A DNA stretch of 64,000 bases from an uncultured Rivularia sp. (GCA_963665115.1 OY762007.1:4416001-4480000), one strand, 5' to 3'. Shown: positions 1-10,967, counted from the stretch's first letter. The notes: generated by a model from the sequence alone, not told the origin. Numbers and translations: made by a program.

Positions 1-972
1 GTCTTGTGCATAATTAAAACCGTAACCGATATTGCCTTTGATAAAATTGACTGGATTATTGATTTCATGAGCAATCCCAGCTACCATTTGTCCCAAGCTA
101 GACATTTTTTCACTGTGTATTAATTGAGCTTGAGCTTGCTGCAATTTATCTAAAGCTTGCTGTAGCTCCTTAGTTTGTTGCTGAGCGGATTTTGCAGCAT
201 TTAAACTTTGTTCGTACAGCAACGCTTTCTCAATGGCGATCGCCGCTTGGGTGGCAAAGATATTGAGGAGTTTTAACTCTTCGGTAGTATAGCTTACTTG
301 GGTTTGGCTACCGACAGTAATAGCTGCAATTACTCGATCTTTATTTTTTAAAGGAACGCAAATTAAAGAAAGAATTGGTTTATCGTTATCGTAGCATTTT
401 AAGCTTTCGCAAATATTGTTAACAATCTCTCCTTTGCCTCTGCTTATAATCTCACCTAAAATACCTTTACCTAAAGTTATCGGAAATTCAAAGCAGCCAA
501 ATTCACCAAAATTAGAAATAGATTTTAGTTGATTTGTTTGATCGTCTAATAATAGAAATACTCCAATATTACACTCAATTATTGTGCTAATTCTTTCTAA
601 AACTAATTGAGCAATTTGATTTATATCCAAACTATTAGTTATTTGTGTCGATAATTCATCAAATAAATCTATTTCTTCATATCTTTCTAATAATTCGTTT
701 GCTAAAGACTTTTTTTCAAATTCTTGCTTTATTAAAAAAGAAATTAGTTCAGCAATTGCCAATGCTTTAGAATCTCCAACTACCCATGCATAAGTAGTAT
801 CAGATAATTCAACCGGATACTTCTCGGTTAATCCTTCTGTAAAAGTACCAAACAGAACTTTGCCGTCGGTACTAACAAGGTACGATGGTGTTTCTATAGT
901 GGCAAAAATATTTTTGACAAGATACTTGATATCTTTTTGAGTTAAAAGTTTCTGAAAATTAATAGGAATCAT
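1..972 (-). CDS. GAF-domain sensor histidine kinase (N-terminal part; runs off the window edge)
   Basis: Manual translation from ATG at 972 ([10 protein letters not shown]...). Contains a GAF-like segment ([17 protein letters not shown]...[16 protein letters not shown]) and a HisKA H-box ([24 protein letters not shown]). Absent from the ORF track because it is open at the edge. Confidence 0.9.
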   Translation of the reverse strand, partial: MIPINFQKLLTQKDIKYLVKNIFATIETPSYLVSTDGKVLFGTFTEGLTEKYPVELSDTTYAWVVGDSKALAIAELISFLIKQEFEKKSLANELLERYEEIDLFDELSTQITNSLDINQIAQLVLERISTIIECNIGVFLLLDDQTNQLKSISNFGEFGCFEFPITLGKGILGEIISRGKGEIVNNICESLKCYDNDKPILSLICVPLKNKDRVIAAITVGSQTQVSYTTEELKLLNIFATQAAIAIEKALLYEQSLNAAKSAQQQTKELQQALDKLQQAQAQLIHSEKMSSLGQMVAGIAHEINNPVNFIKGNIGYGFNYAQD

Positions 973-1295
973 TCATTAACTGCCTTAACTGGGAACACAA
1001 GGGAAAATCACTCATTCGCTTTACCTATAACTTGCTTATCATCCGTCTTCATAATTAGAGATTATTGAAATTAGACTTAGATGTAAATTAAAGAACCTTG
1101 TATAAGCAAAGGAAATGCATACTACATAGAAGAAACCTAATATTTAGGTTTCCCAAAAACTTCACAAAATTACCATAAAGAGAAAAATTCGCCTTTTATA
1201 TCTGAAAAAGCGAGAATCATGATTATTGAGGAGTAGGAAACAGTAAACAGGAGATATCTTAGTTTTTCTGACAATTTTGCAGCTTAGTGTTATAG

Positions 1296-2453
1296 CTAAA
1301 TATCTAATAAATTTCCAGCAGGGCGGAAGGTTTCAAAAGCCATCCTACGACAGCCATCTCCCCCTTTACGGACGTTATTTAAGAAATTTTGTTTTCTAAC
1401 AGCAAATATAAACTTTTTTTCTAGTTGATTAACTAAGGTACCATCCAACCACTCACCCTTATTGAAAGCCAAACCGATATCTTTATCAGAGAGATGTTGT
1501 TTTTGCTGACAAATTTCTGCAACATCTTTAATTAGAGATTCTAACTTAGCCTCCAAAATTGAGCAAATTTTATCAAACTCCTGTAAATGTTCTTCCGGTA
1601 ACTCCTTCCGTATTGCTTCTAAATCATCACCCTCTTTCATCATTTCCCATATTGCCAACGGTGTGACTTGGGATGTTAAACGATGCAGACGACAATATTC
1701 TGCACCTTTAATTTTCAAACGATGTCCGTTAGCGAACTTAATTACCCATCCTTCGCTATTTCTATCTAGAGTTTTTGATGCTTCAACTAAATTAGCGATA
1801 GATTCAAACTTTTCTATTTCCGTAACTCGTATTTTAAGTTTATCAGCTAAAATTTCAATTTTGGAACGAGTATATTCACATCCATTTAAATCGTAAGCAC
1901 TTAATAAAACCATTCCTTGAAAATCGTAAGGTACAACAACCCGATTTCCTAAATAAATAATTTCAAAAAGATAAGTATTGCCAATTTCTAATAAACCAGT
2001 ATCTACATTTTCATCTAACCATTTTTGTCCCCAAATAGCTGCATCAGAATCAAACGAACCTCTCGTCGTAACTCGCCATCTTTCACCATCAAAAAACACT
2101 ACACCCAAAGAACCATCGTACTTTTGATAAACTAAAATATCTCCAGATATGTCAGCATCCCAAACTTTTGCTTCACCAAAATTAAAAAACTTTGGAAAAG
2201 GTGTCGCAATTACAGCTTGCTTTTTGACATCAAGAACTAATCCCCTGCTAATCAACGTAAAAATATTCCAATTCGCTTTGTATTGTGCGTGAGTCGTATA
2301 GTTAAAAATTTCTAAATCGCCTTCAACAACACGAACTATATTTCTTGCTTTGACATTTACTAAAAGTCCTTGATAAAGTTCTTCAAAAGGAATTCCTCTT
2401 GCTGGATGTATACCCCAAGTTGTTTTGATTTGTTCAAAGGTTATTTCTGCCAT
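1296..2453 (-). CDS. T4 Rnl1 (RnlA)-family ATP-dependent RNA ligase
   Basis: Nucleotidyltransferase motifs I (KYDGSL), Ia (TRGSF), III (TYLFEII), IV (EGWVI) and V (RLKIK), plus the N-terminal RGLV...PFPKFFN typical of Rnl1-like ligases. Confidence 0.85.
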   Translation of the reverse strand: MAEITFEQIKTTWGIHPARGIPFEELYQGLLVNVKARNIVRVVEGDLEIFNYTTHAQYKANWNIFTLISRGLVLDVKKQAVIATPFPKFFNFGEAKVWDADISGDILVYQKYDGSLGVVFFDGERWRVTTRGSFDSDAAIWGQKWLDENVDTGLLEIGNTYLFEIIYLGNRVVVPYDFQGMVLLSAYDLNGCEYTRSKIEILADKLKIRVTEIEKFESIANLVEASKTLDRNSEGWVIKFANGHRLKIKGAEYCRLHRLTSQVTPLAIWEMMKEGDDLEAIRKELPEEHLQEFDKICSILEAKLESLIKDVAEICQQKQHLSDKDIGLAFNKGEWLDGTLVNQLEKKFIFAVRKQNFLNNVRKGGDGCRRMAFETFRPAGNLLDI

Positions 2454-2552
2454 AGATTTTTCATATAAAATAATGTAGTACTATTGTAGTATTAAATGGA
2501 CGGGCAAGGATGCCCATCCCACAAGAATTTTTTACAAAATACCGCAAATAAT

Positions 2553-2578
2553 GTAGAGACGTAGCATTGCTACGTCTC
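2553..2578 (+). repeat. GTAG-type REP hairpin, family A (GTAGAGACG-TAGCATTGCTA-CGTCTC)
   Basis: Palindrome preceded by GTAG. Further copies at 12103-12128, 58355-58380 (minus), 61019-61044 and 62597-62621, with compensatory stem changes. Confidence 0.85.
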
Positions 2579-2693
2579 CCCGTATTTTGTTTTCTATAGA
2601 GAATTTAGAATAATTTTAGATATTAAAAAACCCGATTTATCCAAAAAACCGGGTTTCCAATCAACTTAAATTTTTACTAGCTATTGGTTGTTT

Positions 2694-4013
2694 CTACCAT
2701 TCTTTTCCCTTTCCTTCTTCCTTAATTCTCGCCTTGGGAAAATGATTTACTTCGGTAGGAACTTCCGCATTCTTGATAGCTTGATTATCCATGAAACCCT
2801 GAATAATTTCAGGTACATCTAAACCAGTAGTTTGACGGAGTTGCTCGATAAAAGATGCCATCTTAGTTGCATTGTTGCCTTGACTGCCATCAATTATAGT
2901 TACCTTCTCCACTTCCAACTCTGGAATACTTGAAGCCATTGCCTTGAGTAACACATCAAATTTTTGCAGTAAGAAGATTTCCTTAGCATTACTACCAGCA
3001 TTTTGCCAAGATTCGGCTAGCTTCTTAGTACCTTCAGCTTGAGCTTTACCGTCTTCAATGATACTTGCCGCATTACCCTTGGCACTGGCGATCGCTCTTT
3101 TGCATTCGGCTTCTGCGGGTGCAACGACATCAGCTATTAATTGCTGCTCCACCTGTTTGATGCGTTCGTTTTGTACTGCGACTTCGGCTTGAGTTTTCAC
3201 AACATTAGCACCAACTTCGGCTTCCACTTCAGCCACCATTGCTACCCGTTTGGTGACAGCATCCCTAACTCTTCTTTGTGCTTCCGCCTTGGCAATTTGT
3301 AAATCTCTTTCAGTACGTTTTAAAGCCACTAGTTTTTCATTTTCAGAAGAGCAAATTTCCGATTTAGCATTAGCTTCGGCTTCAGCAATCCGGGAATCTC
3401 GTAAAAGATCGGCACGTTGTTTTCTTCCCATAGCTTGTAGATATTTCGTCTCGCTAGAAATCTGCTGAATTTGTAAACTATCTAAAATCAAACCCAATTT
3501 TTCTAAATCGTCTTCGGCTTCTTCTAACAAGTTTTTAGCAAAAGCAATTTTATCTTCATTAACTTCTTCCGGAGTTAAACTAGCTAAAACACCCCGGAGA
3601 TTTCCTTCCAATGTTTCCTTCGCTAACTGTTTTATTTGCTGTTGACTTTTACCCAACAATCTTTCAATTGCATTATGAATAGTAGGTTCTTCACCAGCAA
3701 CTTTGATATTCGCCACCCCTTGAACATTCAAAGGAATACCACCTTTAGAGTAAGCATTAAGAACCTCAAGGTCAATAATAATGTTACCCAAATCCATCCG
3801 AAAAGTACGTTCAAACAAAGGAGTTTGAATACTGCTTCCACCCTTCACCAAACGATATCCAACTTCCCTGCCATCAGAAGTTTTATGAGTACCGCCAGCA
3901 AAAATAAGTACTTCACTAGGCTGACAAATATGATAGAAATAGCGAATAATCCAATAGCCAGCAGTCGAACCGAAACCTAAAAGTCCTAAGAATAAACCGA
4001 TAAGAGGTAACAT
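2694..4013 (-). CDS. Flotillin (SPFH/band 7) family protein
   Basis: N-terminal TM helix, SPFH core (ETLEGNLRGVLASLTPEEVNED) and AE-rich coiled coil. Confidence 0.92.
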   Translation of the reverse strand: MLPLIGLFLGLLGFGSTAGYWIIRYFYHICQPSEVLIFAGGTHKTSDGREVGYRLVKGGSSIQTPLFERTFRMDLGNIIIDLEVLNAYSKGGIPLNVQGVANIKVAGEEPTIHNAIERLLGKSQQQIKQLAKETLEGNLRGVLASLTPEEVNEDKIAFAKNLLEEAEDDLEKLGLILDSLQIQQISSETKYLQAMGRKQRADLLRDSRIAEAEANAKSEICSSENEKLVALKRTERDLQIAKAEAQRRVRDAVTKRVAMVAEVEAEVGANVVKTQAEVAVQNERIKQVEQQLIADVVAPAEAECKRAIASAKGNAASIIEDGKAQAEGTKKLAESWQNAGSNAKEIFLLQKFDVLLKAMASSIPELEVEKVTIIDGSQGNNATKMASFIEQLRQTTGLDVPEIIQGFMDNQAIKNAEVPTEVNHFPKARIKEEGKGKEW

Positions 4014-4023
4014 AATTTTTTAT

Positions 4024-4305
4024 GGTAATTGGTAATTGGTAATTGGTAATTGGGGATTGGGGATTGGGAATAGGGCATTGGGGATTGGGAATTGGTAATT
4101 GGGGATTGGGGATTGGGAATAGGGCATTGGGGATTGGGAATAGTTAGAAGTAGGAGTTAGGAGTGGGAGCATCTTGCTCCCTGTTCTCATTCTCCCCATC
4201 TCCCCCCTCTCCCCCTCTCCCCCCTCTACCCCCTCTCCCCCCTCTCCCCCCTCTACCCCCTCTCCCCTCTCTACCCCCTCTCCCCCATCTCCCCCCTCTC
4301 CCCCC
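4024..4305. repeat. Heptamer tandem repeats (GGTAATT/GGGGATT) and a C-rich 9-mer tandem repeat, with a small hairpin (GTGGGAGCATCTTGCTCCC) between them
   Basis: Directly visible; typical short tandem repeats (STRR) of heterocystous cyanobacteria. Confidence 0.9.
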
Positions 4306-5655
4306 TCACTCCTTCTTCCCCGAAAGCGTTCCTAACACATCAATTCCTAAAGTTTGATTGATGCTTTCTAGATACTGATTGAGGATTTCTGGATAAACTT
4401 TGACTAGACTTGCTAAAGATTTACCGTCACCGCTATCTACTACAGTGATTTTATTTAAATACAGCCGTTTGGGAATTTCTACGGCTTCGTTTAAGATGGT
4501 TTCTAACTGTTGAATCAAAAATAGTTCGGAAACATCAGTATCGGTTTCTTGCCAAACTTGGGCGAGCATTTCGTTAACTAAAGCAGCAGCTTTGGCATTT
4601 TCGGCAATTACAGATGCTTCTCCTTTTGCTTTCAATTCCTTGGCTTGCTGTAGCGCTTTTGCTGGCAATACTTGATCTGCTTCTAAACGCAGACGTTCAA
4701 ATTCTGCACGCAGTTGTTGCAGTTTTTGCTCGAAGAAAGCCTGTTTTTCCTTGACTGTTGCGTTGGTAATTTCTTCTTCAGAGCGTGCTTGTTGTTCTAA
4801 TTTGGCTTTGACTTCTCTGAGTTCGTTTTCTTTCTCTAAAATAGTAACGCGATTTTGGGTTTTAGCAACTTCTGATTCCTGCTGACATTGCGATTCGATG
4901 CTTTCGGCTTCTCTCAAAGCGTTGGATTCAGCAATTTCTGCATCTCTAACAATTGCCGCAATCTGCTTTCTGCCAATCGAACTTAAATAATCAACATCAT
5001 CGGAAACACTTTGAATTTTTAAAGTATCGATTTGCAAACCCAACTTCATTAAATCGCGACTGACATCAGAAGTAATACTTTGGGCAAATTGCAGTCTATC
5101 TTCGTTAACTTGCTCTGGGGTTAAAGTTGCAACAACACCACGTAAATTACCCTCAAGGGTTTCCCTCGCTACCCGCAAAATCTCGTTTCTATCGCTTTTC
5201 AAAAATCTCTCAATCGCATTACCAATAATATTCGGATTGTTGGAAAGTTTGACATTGGCGATCGCCTGAATATTTAATGGCGTACCTCCCTTAGAATAAG
5301 CATTTTTAACTTCCACTGGAACTGGCATAGTAGTTACATCCATGCGTCGAACTTTCTCAACAATGGGAATGCGAATTGCTCTCCCTCCAGCAAGTACGCG
5401 ATATCCAACCTCTTGCCCATCCTTCGTCTTCCGCTTACGTCCAGAAATAACCAGTACTTCATTCGGTTTGCAAATACACAGGCATGATTGCAGAAACCAG
5501 GCTACCACAACGATACTGAATATTCCTGTAGCAATTAGTAAACTAGTGCCAAAAAGTCCACCCAGATTACTTTGCTGAACTTCTACCGGACGGTTTGATT
5601 CAACTTGCGCTATTTGTAAGCTTTTAACATCTTGTTTTAAGACTGATTTAAACAT
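4306..5655 (-). CDS. Flotillin (SPFH/band 7) family protein, paralog
   Basis: TM helix, ETLEGNLRGVVATLTPEQVNED and coiled coil; clearly paralogous to 2694..4013. Confidence 0.92.
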   Translation of the reverse strand: MFKSVLKQDVKSLQIAQVESNRPVEVQQSNLGGLFGTSLLIATGIFSIVVVAWFLQSCLCICKPNEVLVISGRKRKTKDGQEVGYRVLAGGRAIRIPIVEKVRRMDVTTMPVPVEVKNAYSKGGTPLNIQAIANVKLSNNPNIIGNAIERFLKSDRNEILRVARETLEGNLRGVVATLTPEQVNEDRLQFAQSITSDVSRDLMKLGLQIDTLKIQSVSDDVDYLSSIGRKQIAAIVRDAEIAESNALREAESIESQCQQESEVAKTQNRVTILEKENELREVKAKLEQQARSEEEITNATVKEKQAFFEQKLQQLRAEFERLRLEADQVLPAKALQQAKELKAKGEASVIAENAKAAALVNEMLAQVWQETDTDVSELFLIQQLETILNEAVEIPKRLYLNKITVVDSGDGKSLASLVKVYPEILNQYLESINQTLGIDVLGTLSGKKE

Positions 5656-5707
5656 TTGTCTAAGTTAGTTTTTAGTGATTAATTGATAATTGATAATTGA
5701 TAATTGC

Positions 5708-6052
5708 TCATTGATAATTGTTCATTGATTCCTCACCAATTACCCATAATTGATTCTTCTTTACTTGCACGATAAAAACCTTATCTCCTGGCTGAAAACT
5801 TTTAGAGTCATCAGTACAAGCTATAAAATCAACTGTCAAGCCTTGTCCCGGTATATTTACTCGAATCTTTCCTTTACAAGTACTATCAAACGGAACTTCT
5901 ACCGTGCCATAAAGACCAACTAAATTATTAGTAGAACGCATACTATCTACCTTTTGTCGGCGACGCTGGATGATAATTAGCAAAACGATAACAGCACCGC
6001 AACATATACCAATAGCAATTGCAATTAGAGCAACTACAAATAAGTTCATCAT
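5708..6052 (-). CDS. NfeD-like C-terminal OB-fold membrane protein
   Basis: TM helix, then LVGLYGTVEVP...GKIRV...GDKVFIV; directly upstream of the flotillins, the canonical arrangement. Confidence 0.8.
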   Translation of the reverse strand: MMNLFVVALIAIAIGICCGAVIVLLIIIQRRRQKVDSMRSTNNLVGLYGTVEVPFDSTCKGKIRVNIPGQGLTVDFIACTDDSKSFQPGDKVFIVQVKKNQLWVIGEESMNNYQ

Positions 6053-6280
6053 TGTTTGTTTGTATCCAACTTTAAAGTCAACGTCAATATTTGCAGTTTA
6101 ACTGTTATCTTAAATCTGCTTACCGTTGAATATCATCCATTTTTACGGTAATTTCACGGTTTAACCGATCTGAAACTATGCGTAACCGCTAATACCCGAA
6201 GGCTACAATTTTATATCTGGAGTTTTCGGGGAAAAACGGAAATGTTTACAAAACTTAATAGAAGACGTTAGGAACCCAAC

Positions 6281-6378
6281 GAGATGTTCGCGCAGCGAGC
6301 GCGTGCGGCTCATCATTCTTAAAACCACCGGGGGCTGCGAACCCGCGTCTTATAGCGAAACTCCTATAAATAGGGCTT
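6281..6378. repeat. Degenerate dispersed repeats (one arm of the 62477 element plus a small GC-rich repeat)
   Basis: 6325-6378 aligns with the left arm at 62477-62530. The reverse complement of 6286-6312 resembles 38545-38568. Confidence 0.6.
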
Positions 6379-6432
6379 GCTGAAAGTTGAAAATGGTGCG
6401 GAATATCAGTTGCAACGCACTTTATATACAGC

Positions 6433-7176
6433 CTACTCCCAACTACCAACTTCCTGCCCTATATCTAATGAACCATGACTTTTTTGTTCATCAAGAATAT
6501 CAGCGGCTTCTTTTAAAAGTTCTTGTTGCTCCACTTGAATTTCTTCTAGTCTTGCGGAAATATATTTTAATCTTTGCTGCTTATTAGAAGAAATAATTTG
6601 ATAAGTATTATTATGTAATTTTAATTCTGGATTCTTATTTATAGTTTTTGTATCTGTAAATTTATTAGTTGCGAAATTACTAAACTTCCCAAGCCATAGC
6701 CAACAATATTTAATTAAAGATCTTAGCAATTTTAAAGGTATTTTTAGTATTGATAAACTTGCCGTTTCAATTAAACGACCAATTGCTTTTATTAAACTCC
6801 ATAATATAGCTAGACTAAATACAATAACAATTAAACTAATAATGGGATGACTAACAGCCCAATTGAACGATCTGAGAATTCCTAAAAAAGCCGGATGTTG
6901 TTCAAACCAATCTGTTACCGAAGAATTAACAACATTTTGTACCGCAATCTGCGGTAAATTTTCTTCTAAAGAACCTTTAGCTTGCTCTATGGTATGATTA
7001 AATGTATCGATAGCATTTTCAGTACTTTGAGTTGCTGTTTGCTGCCAATCATCGCTTGTCTTTTGTGCCTTATCGGTAAGATAATTAAACTTTTGCCCTA
7101 CATTTTCCTTAGTTTGTTGTAAGCGCTGAATTAAAGATTCCGATACAGTAATATCGAAACTATTTTGTATATTCAT
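6433..7176 (-). CDS. Hypothetical membrane protein with coiled-coil ends
   Basis: 247-aa ORF with a central hydrophobic segment (HPIISLIVIVFSLAILWSLI) and Q/E-rich helices. Confidence 0.7.
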   Translation of the reverse strand: MNIQNSFDITVSESLIQRLQQTKENVGQKFNYLTDKAQKTSDDWQQTATQSTENAIDTFNHTIEQAKGSLEENLPQIAVQNVVNSSVTDWFEQHPAFLGILRSFNWAVSHPIISLIVIVFSLAILWSLIKAIGRLIETASLSILKIPLKLLRSLIKYCWLWLGKFSNFATNKFTDTKTINKNPELKLHNNTYQIISSNKQQRLKYISARLEEIQVEQQELLKEAADILDEQKSHGSLDIGQEVGSWE

Positions 7177-7296
7177 AAAAGTTTCAATAATTATTCAATA
7201 ATTAAATTAAATAGACTGAAAACGGGACAGAGCATCTGATAATCTCATTACAAGGCAGAACCTTATAACGAGATTGGCGTAAATTAATTCTAACCT

Positions 7297-7947
7297 TTAA
7301 CCTTTAACCTCTACCGTATCTGTTGGAGTATCTCCCCAAACTTTAGGTAATAATAATCCAGAATTTGTTTTGTATTCTTCAAACTCAGAATAGCGAGATA
7401 AAGATTTATCCTTTTTAAGCATATTAGGAATGAAAATTACTGCTGCAAATAATCCTAGAATCGCGAATGGTAGCCAATGCTGAACTAATAAAGCAAAACC
7501 AAGATAAATACAAACTTCTCCTAAATAATTGGTATTGCGACAGCGAGCAAAAAAGCCTTCTGTTATTAACCCAGATTTGTATTTAAGAGTGTAATATTTC
7601 TGAGCATCGCTACTGTAGTGCAAGAATACTCCCAATATGTTGATAGAAATTGCTGCTGCAATCAACGGTGGAGAAGGAATTGTACCGCTACTTATTAAGA
7701 TAAATGGTGCTACCCAATATAAATTGATGAAGAAAAAGCCTAGTATTCCTACCCAAATAGGAATTTCTTGCTCCCACTGCTTATCTGGGTAAATTCTATC
7801 TTTCAACAGCCACAATATTCCATAAGTACCATGAAGCGCTAAATAAACCCAAGCTCCAATAGTAAAATTTTGATAAATTACCATTAGTGTTAGAACAAAT
7901 ATAAATGTCGTAGCTTTGTGTAAGTTGATTGGGTATTTTGCTTTCAT
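7297..7947 (-). CDS. Steroid 5-alpha-reductase/isoprenylcysteine methyltransferase-like membrane protein (DUF1295-like)
   Basis: Multiple TM helices; GLITEGFFARCRNTNYLGE motif. Confidence 0.8.
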   Translation of the reverse strand: MKAKYPINLHKATTFIFVLTLMVIYQNFTIGAWVYLALHGTYGILWLLKDRIYPDKQWEQEIPIWVGILGFFFINLYWVAPFILISSGTIPSPPLIAAAISINILGVFLHYSSDAQKYYTLKYKSGLITEGFFARCRNTNYLGEVCIYLGFALLVQHWLPFAILGLFAAVIFIPNMLKKDKSLSRYSEFEEYKTNSGLLLPKVWGDTPTDTVEVKG

Positions 7948-7993
7948 GGTTTGTTTGATGGAAATTTCAGATAACGAATACAGATATGTTTTA

Positions 7994-8656
7994 TTATCGG
8001 TTATAACCTAACTCAGGTGCTTTTTCTCCTACGACTTTAGGGACACCTACGGTTAATTCTAATTGTTGTAAGTTAAAAGTAAACAGCGGTTTATCTAAGC
8101 TTAGAGATACAAAGGGACTTTCTTGAGGAATTTCTAATTTACCCTGCATCAAAGCAACTTGCGTTTTAAGCTGATTTTCAAAAAACAGTAATTCAGAACC
8201 CAAACCACCAAAGCTATCAGCGCTTAATTTCTGTTTCCACCAAGTAGAAAGATTAAATAAACCTTTTTGATAGCGCAAACTGCATAATTCGTTATTATTT
8301 TGACTAACTTTCACGCTACCGTTATTCCAAGAAAAATCTGCCATTTCTTTTGGTAATCCCCAAATTTCCCTACCTCCAGCCAGCGAATCTTGATTATCAA
8401 CGTAAATGTGAGAAATCCAACCACCAAATTTTCCTTGATAGCGTACAAAACCAGGAATCACTATCAATTCGTTGTACTTTAATAATGAACCGCTTTCATA
8501 AGAAGATATATACATACTTCCCAGAGTTTTTCCCGGTAAAAGCGAAACTATATCTAATTCTGGAGGAATAAACTTAGAAGCTTGCTCGATATCAACTAAC
8601 TGCAAGGTTTGAAATGCATAACCTTTGAGAGTCCAAGGTGCGGGTGGATAAGTCAT
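7994..8656 (-). CDS. Acetoacetate decarboxylase-family protein
   Basis: YPPAPW start, YNEL, and GGREIWGLPK motif with the catalytic Lys. Confidence 0.85.
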   Translation of the reverse strand: MTYPPAPWTLKGYAFQTLQLVDIEQASKFIPPELDIVSLLPGKTLGSMYISSYESGSLLKYNELIVIPGFVRYQGKFGGWISHIYVDNQDSLAGGREIWGLPKEMADFSWNNGSVKVSQNNNELCSLRYQKGLFNLSTWWKQKLSADSFGGLGSELLFFENQLKTQVALMQGKLEIPQESPFVSLSLDKPLFTFNLQQLELTVGVPKVVGEKAPELGYNR

Positions 8657-8727
8657 TTTGATTTTTGATTAAAGCTGGGATAATAAAAACATTTTTAGGG
8701 AAGCTACGTTAAATTAATAAATAATAA

Positions 8728-9192
8728 CTAATCATAACTTGTACCATCCTTACGTGTAAAAGCTACCGATTTACCATCATCACCATATTTAGCAATTAAA
8801 TCTTCATCGGGATAATTTACAGTATCATTTGGTGTTCTATCCCCAACTTCTAAGTAAACTGCATCTCGATCGGAACGATTTACTAAATGATGTCCGTTAG
8901 CTTCATTTGCCGGAAATCCAGCAGCCATTCCCGGTGTCAAAACTTCTTCCCCTGCATCGGTAATTAATGTAATTTCGCCTTCTACAATATAAACAAATTC
9001 ATCTTGATACGAATGCCAATGTCTTAATGCAGAAGCACTTCCAGGTGATAGTTTTACTAAATTCACACCAAAGTTTTTTAAACCAGCAAAATTCCCCAAC
9101 CGCTGCCGAAATCTTCCCGCAACTATCGATTTAAATTCATCGGGATAGTCTGTACTATTTTGAATTGGTACTTCTTCAGGATTAATAATCAT
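8728..9192 (-). CDS. Cupin-domain protein
   Basis: SALRHWHSYQDEFVYIVEG and GHHLVN metal-binding motifs. Confidence 0.88.
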   Translation of the reverse strand: MIINPEEVPIQNSTDYPDEFKSIVAGRFRQRLGNFAGLKNFGVNLVKLSPGSASALRHWHSYQDEFVYIVEGEITLITDAGEEVLTPGMAAGFPANEANGHHLVNRSDRDAVYLEVGDRTPNDTVNYPDEDLIAKYGDDGKSVAFTRKDGTSYD

Positions 9193-9302
9193 CGGCTGTT
9201 TGTTAGTTGTTAGTTGTTAGTTGTTAGGAGTTAAGATGAGAATTTTTCTTCCCCTTCTTCCCCCTCTTCCCCCTCTACCCCTTCTACCCCCTCTTCCCCC
9301 TC

Positions 9303-9926
9303 TCATTCATTTAAATAATAGTGCCATAAAATCCTAGCAGCGATCGCCCTCCAAGGTCGCCAGTTTTCCGATATAATTTCTAATTCTTCTGCTGTGGGAC
9401 GTTTTTCTAATTTTTTGAGCTTTTGATATGCAAGAATTACCCCTAAATCGCCTTTGGGAAAAGCATCTGGGCGTTGTAAAGACATTAATAAATATATGTC
9501 AACTGTCCAATCGCCGATTCCTTTGATGGGCTTGAGTTGGTTTCTGATGGTTGTGTCGTTTGCAACAGCTAACTTTTGTAAATCTAAATCTCCACGACAA
9601 ATGGCGATCGCCAACTCTTTTATATAAGTTGTTTTTTGACGGCTGATGCCACAAGCTTTTAATTGAGCATCATCAAATTCGAGTAAGTTTTCAGGTGTTA
9701 ATGGTATAACGGTTTCACATAAACGCTTCATAGTAGCGCTCGCAGAGTTAACGGAAACCTGTTGTCCTAAAATTGTCCGCACTAATCCCGAAAAACCCGC
9801 ATCTTCTTCCCACCTGGGCGGATTTCCCCATTTATTAAGTATCTCTGCAAAATCTTCATCGCGTTGAGCAAGTTCTTTTAAACCCTGGGTAAATGTTTCT
9901 TCGGTAAGTGGTTGTTGTAAATTCAT
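9303..9926 (-). CDS. alkA: DNA-3-methyladenine glycosylase II (HhH-GPD family)
   Basis: ILGQQVS, HhH motif IKGIGDWT, FPKGDLG and WRPWR. Confidence 0.85.
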   Translation of the reverse strand: MNLQQPLTEETFTQGLKELAQRDEDFAEILNKWGNPPRWEEDAGFSGLVRTILGQQVSVNSASATMKRLCETVIPLTPENLLEFDDAQLKACGISRQKTTYIKELAIAICRGDLDLQKLAVANDTTIRNQLKPIKGIGDWTVDIYLLMSLQRPDAFPKGDLGVILAYQKLKKLEKRPTAEELEIISENWRPWRAIAARILWHYYLNE

Positions 9927-10071
9927 TTCTTCTGCTCTGCGTCTAATAAGGTTTTTTCCACAAAATGTTTGTAAAACGAATTATTAAGTAAATACCGAAT
10001 CTATTGGTGTTTTTTATGTTCAGCGAATACCATGAGAATCAAACCGATTTTGAAGATAAACTTCATAATTC

Positions 10072-10806
10072 ATGAAAAAAATTATTAAAACTCTGGCAAC
10101 AACCTTAAGCATATCTCTAGCTTTTACCAGCACGGCACAAGCCAGGATAATTACTAGCATCAGCCCTCCGGGGGGTTCAGGTCAAGGAGACGTATTCTGT
10201 ACGCAGGTGCAAACTACCGTGGATACTGATTTTCCCAATAGCGATGGAAATCAAATTAACAACTTTCCCGGTTTATCCTGTACTCCTAAAACCTTCCAGG
10301 AAATAGCCCCCATTGACACAAAATTATTCGTTGAAGCTTCTGGTGGAACTACAGAGTACTTACTTAACGAAACAGTTGTAAATAGTACTAATTCAACTTG
10401 GAATGGCTTTAATATGGCAATTGGTTTTTCATCCGATAATCCTTTTGGTGAAGATACCTTTGCATCTCCTGCGGTAATTTTGTTACCTAATGGCACTGCT
10501 ATTCCTACATTTGATTCTGACGCTCAACCTACTTCGCCAAAGTTTTCTCAAGTCAAAGCCGATGGTTCTTTTAATCTGAACTGGTTTGATGGTACTGTTG
10601 CACCAGGTGAAAGTGTTGATTTCAGCTTTTCTATTGCGCTTCCCGATGACTTAGGAGAAAGCAATTTCGATTCCTTTACAATTCGTCAGCTTCCGATTGC
10701 TTCTGCAATGAATCAAAGTAAATCCGTTCCCGAACCAAGTTTGATATTTGGTTTAGTAGGTTTGATGAGTTTTGGCTTAGTAAGGTTAAAGGTCAAAGTA
10801 AAATAA
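10072..10806 (+). CDS. PEP-CTERM sorting-domain surface protein
   Basis: Signal peptide ending AQA; C-terminal VPEPS, TM helix and basic tail. Confidence 0.9.
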   Translation: MKKIIKTLATTLSISLAFTSTAQARIITSISPPGGSGQGDVFCTQVQTTVDTDFPNSDGNQINNFPGLSCTPKTFQEIAPIDTKLFVEASGGTTEYLLNETVVNSTNSTWNGFNMAIGFSSDNPFGEDTFASPAVILLPNGTAIPTFDSDAQPTSPKFSQVKADGSFNLNWFDGTVAPGESVDFSFSIALPDDLGESNFDSFTIRQLPIASAMNQSKSVPEPSLIFGLVGLMSFGLVRLKVKVK

Positions 10807-10967
10807 ACTTACTTCTTGCACCAGTTGCAATAACTGCCTTGGAATAAATCCCCAATCCCCAATCCCCAATCCCCAATCCCCTTGTGTAAAAATTGCTTAT
10901 CTTCCCACTGAATCTGTTCTAGAATGCAACAACTATAACTTTGGGAACGCTTTTTTACATAAACCAT

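Noticed and set aside
1296..2453. RNA ligase as evidence of a prophage
   Set aside because: No phage structural, replication or integrase genes flank it.
4163..4357. Pro-rich 64-aa ORF (also 42690..42878 and 49890..50216)
   Set aside because: These are translations of tandem repeats, not genes.
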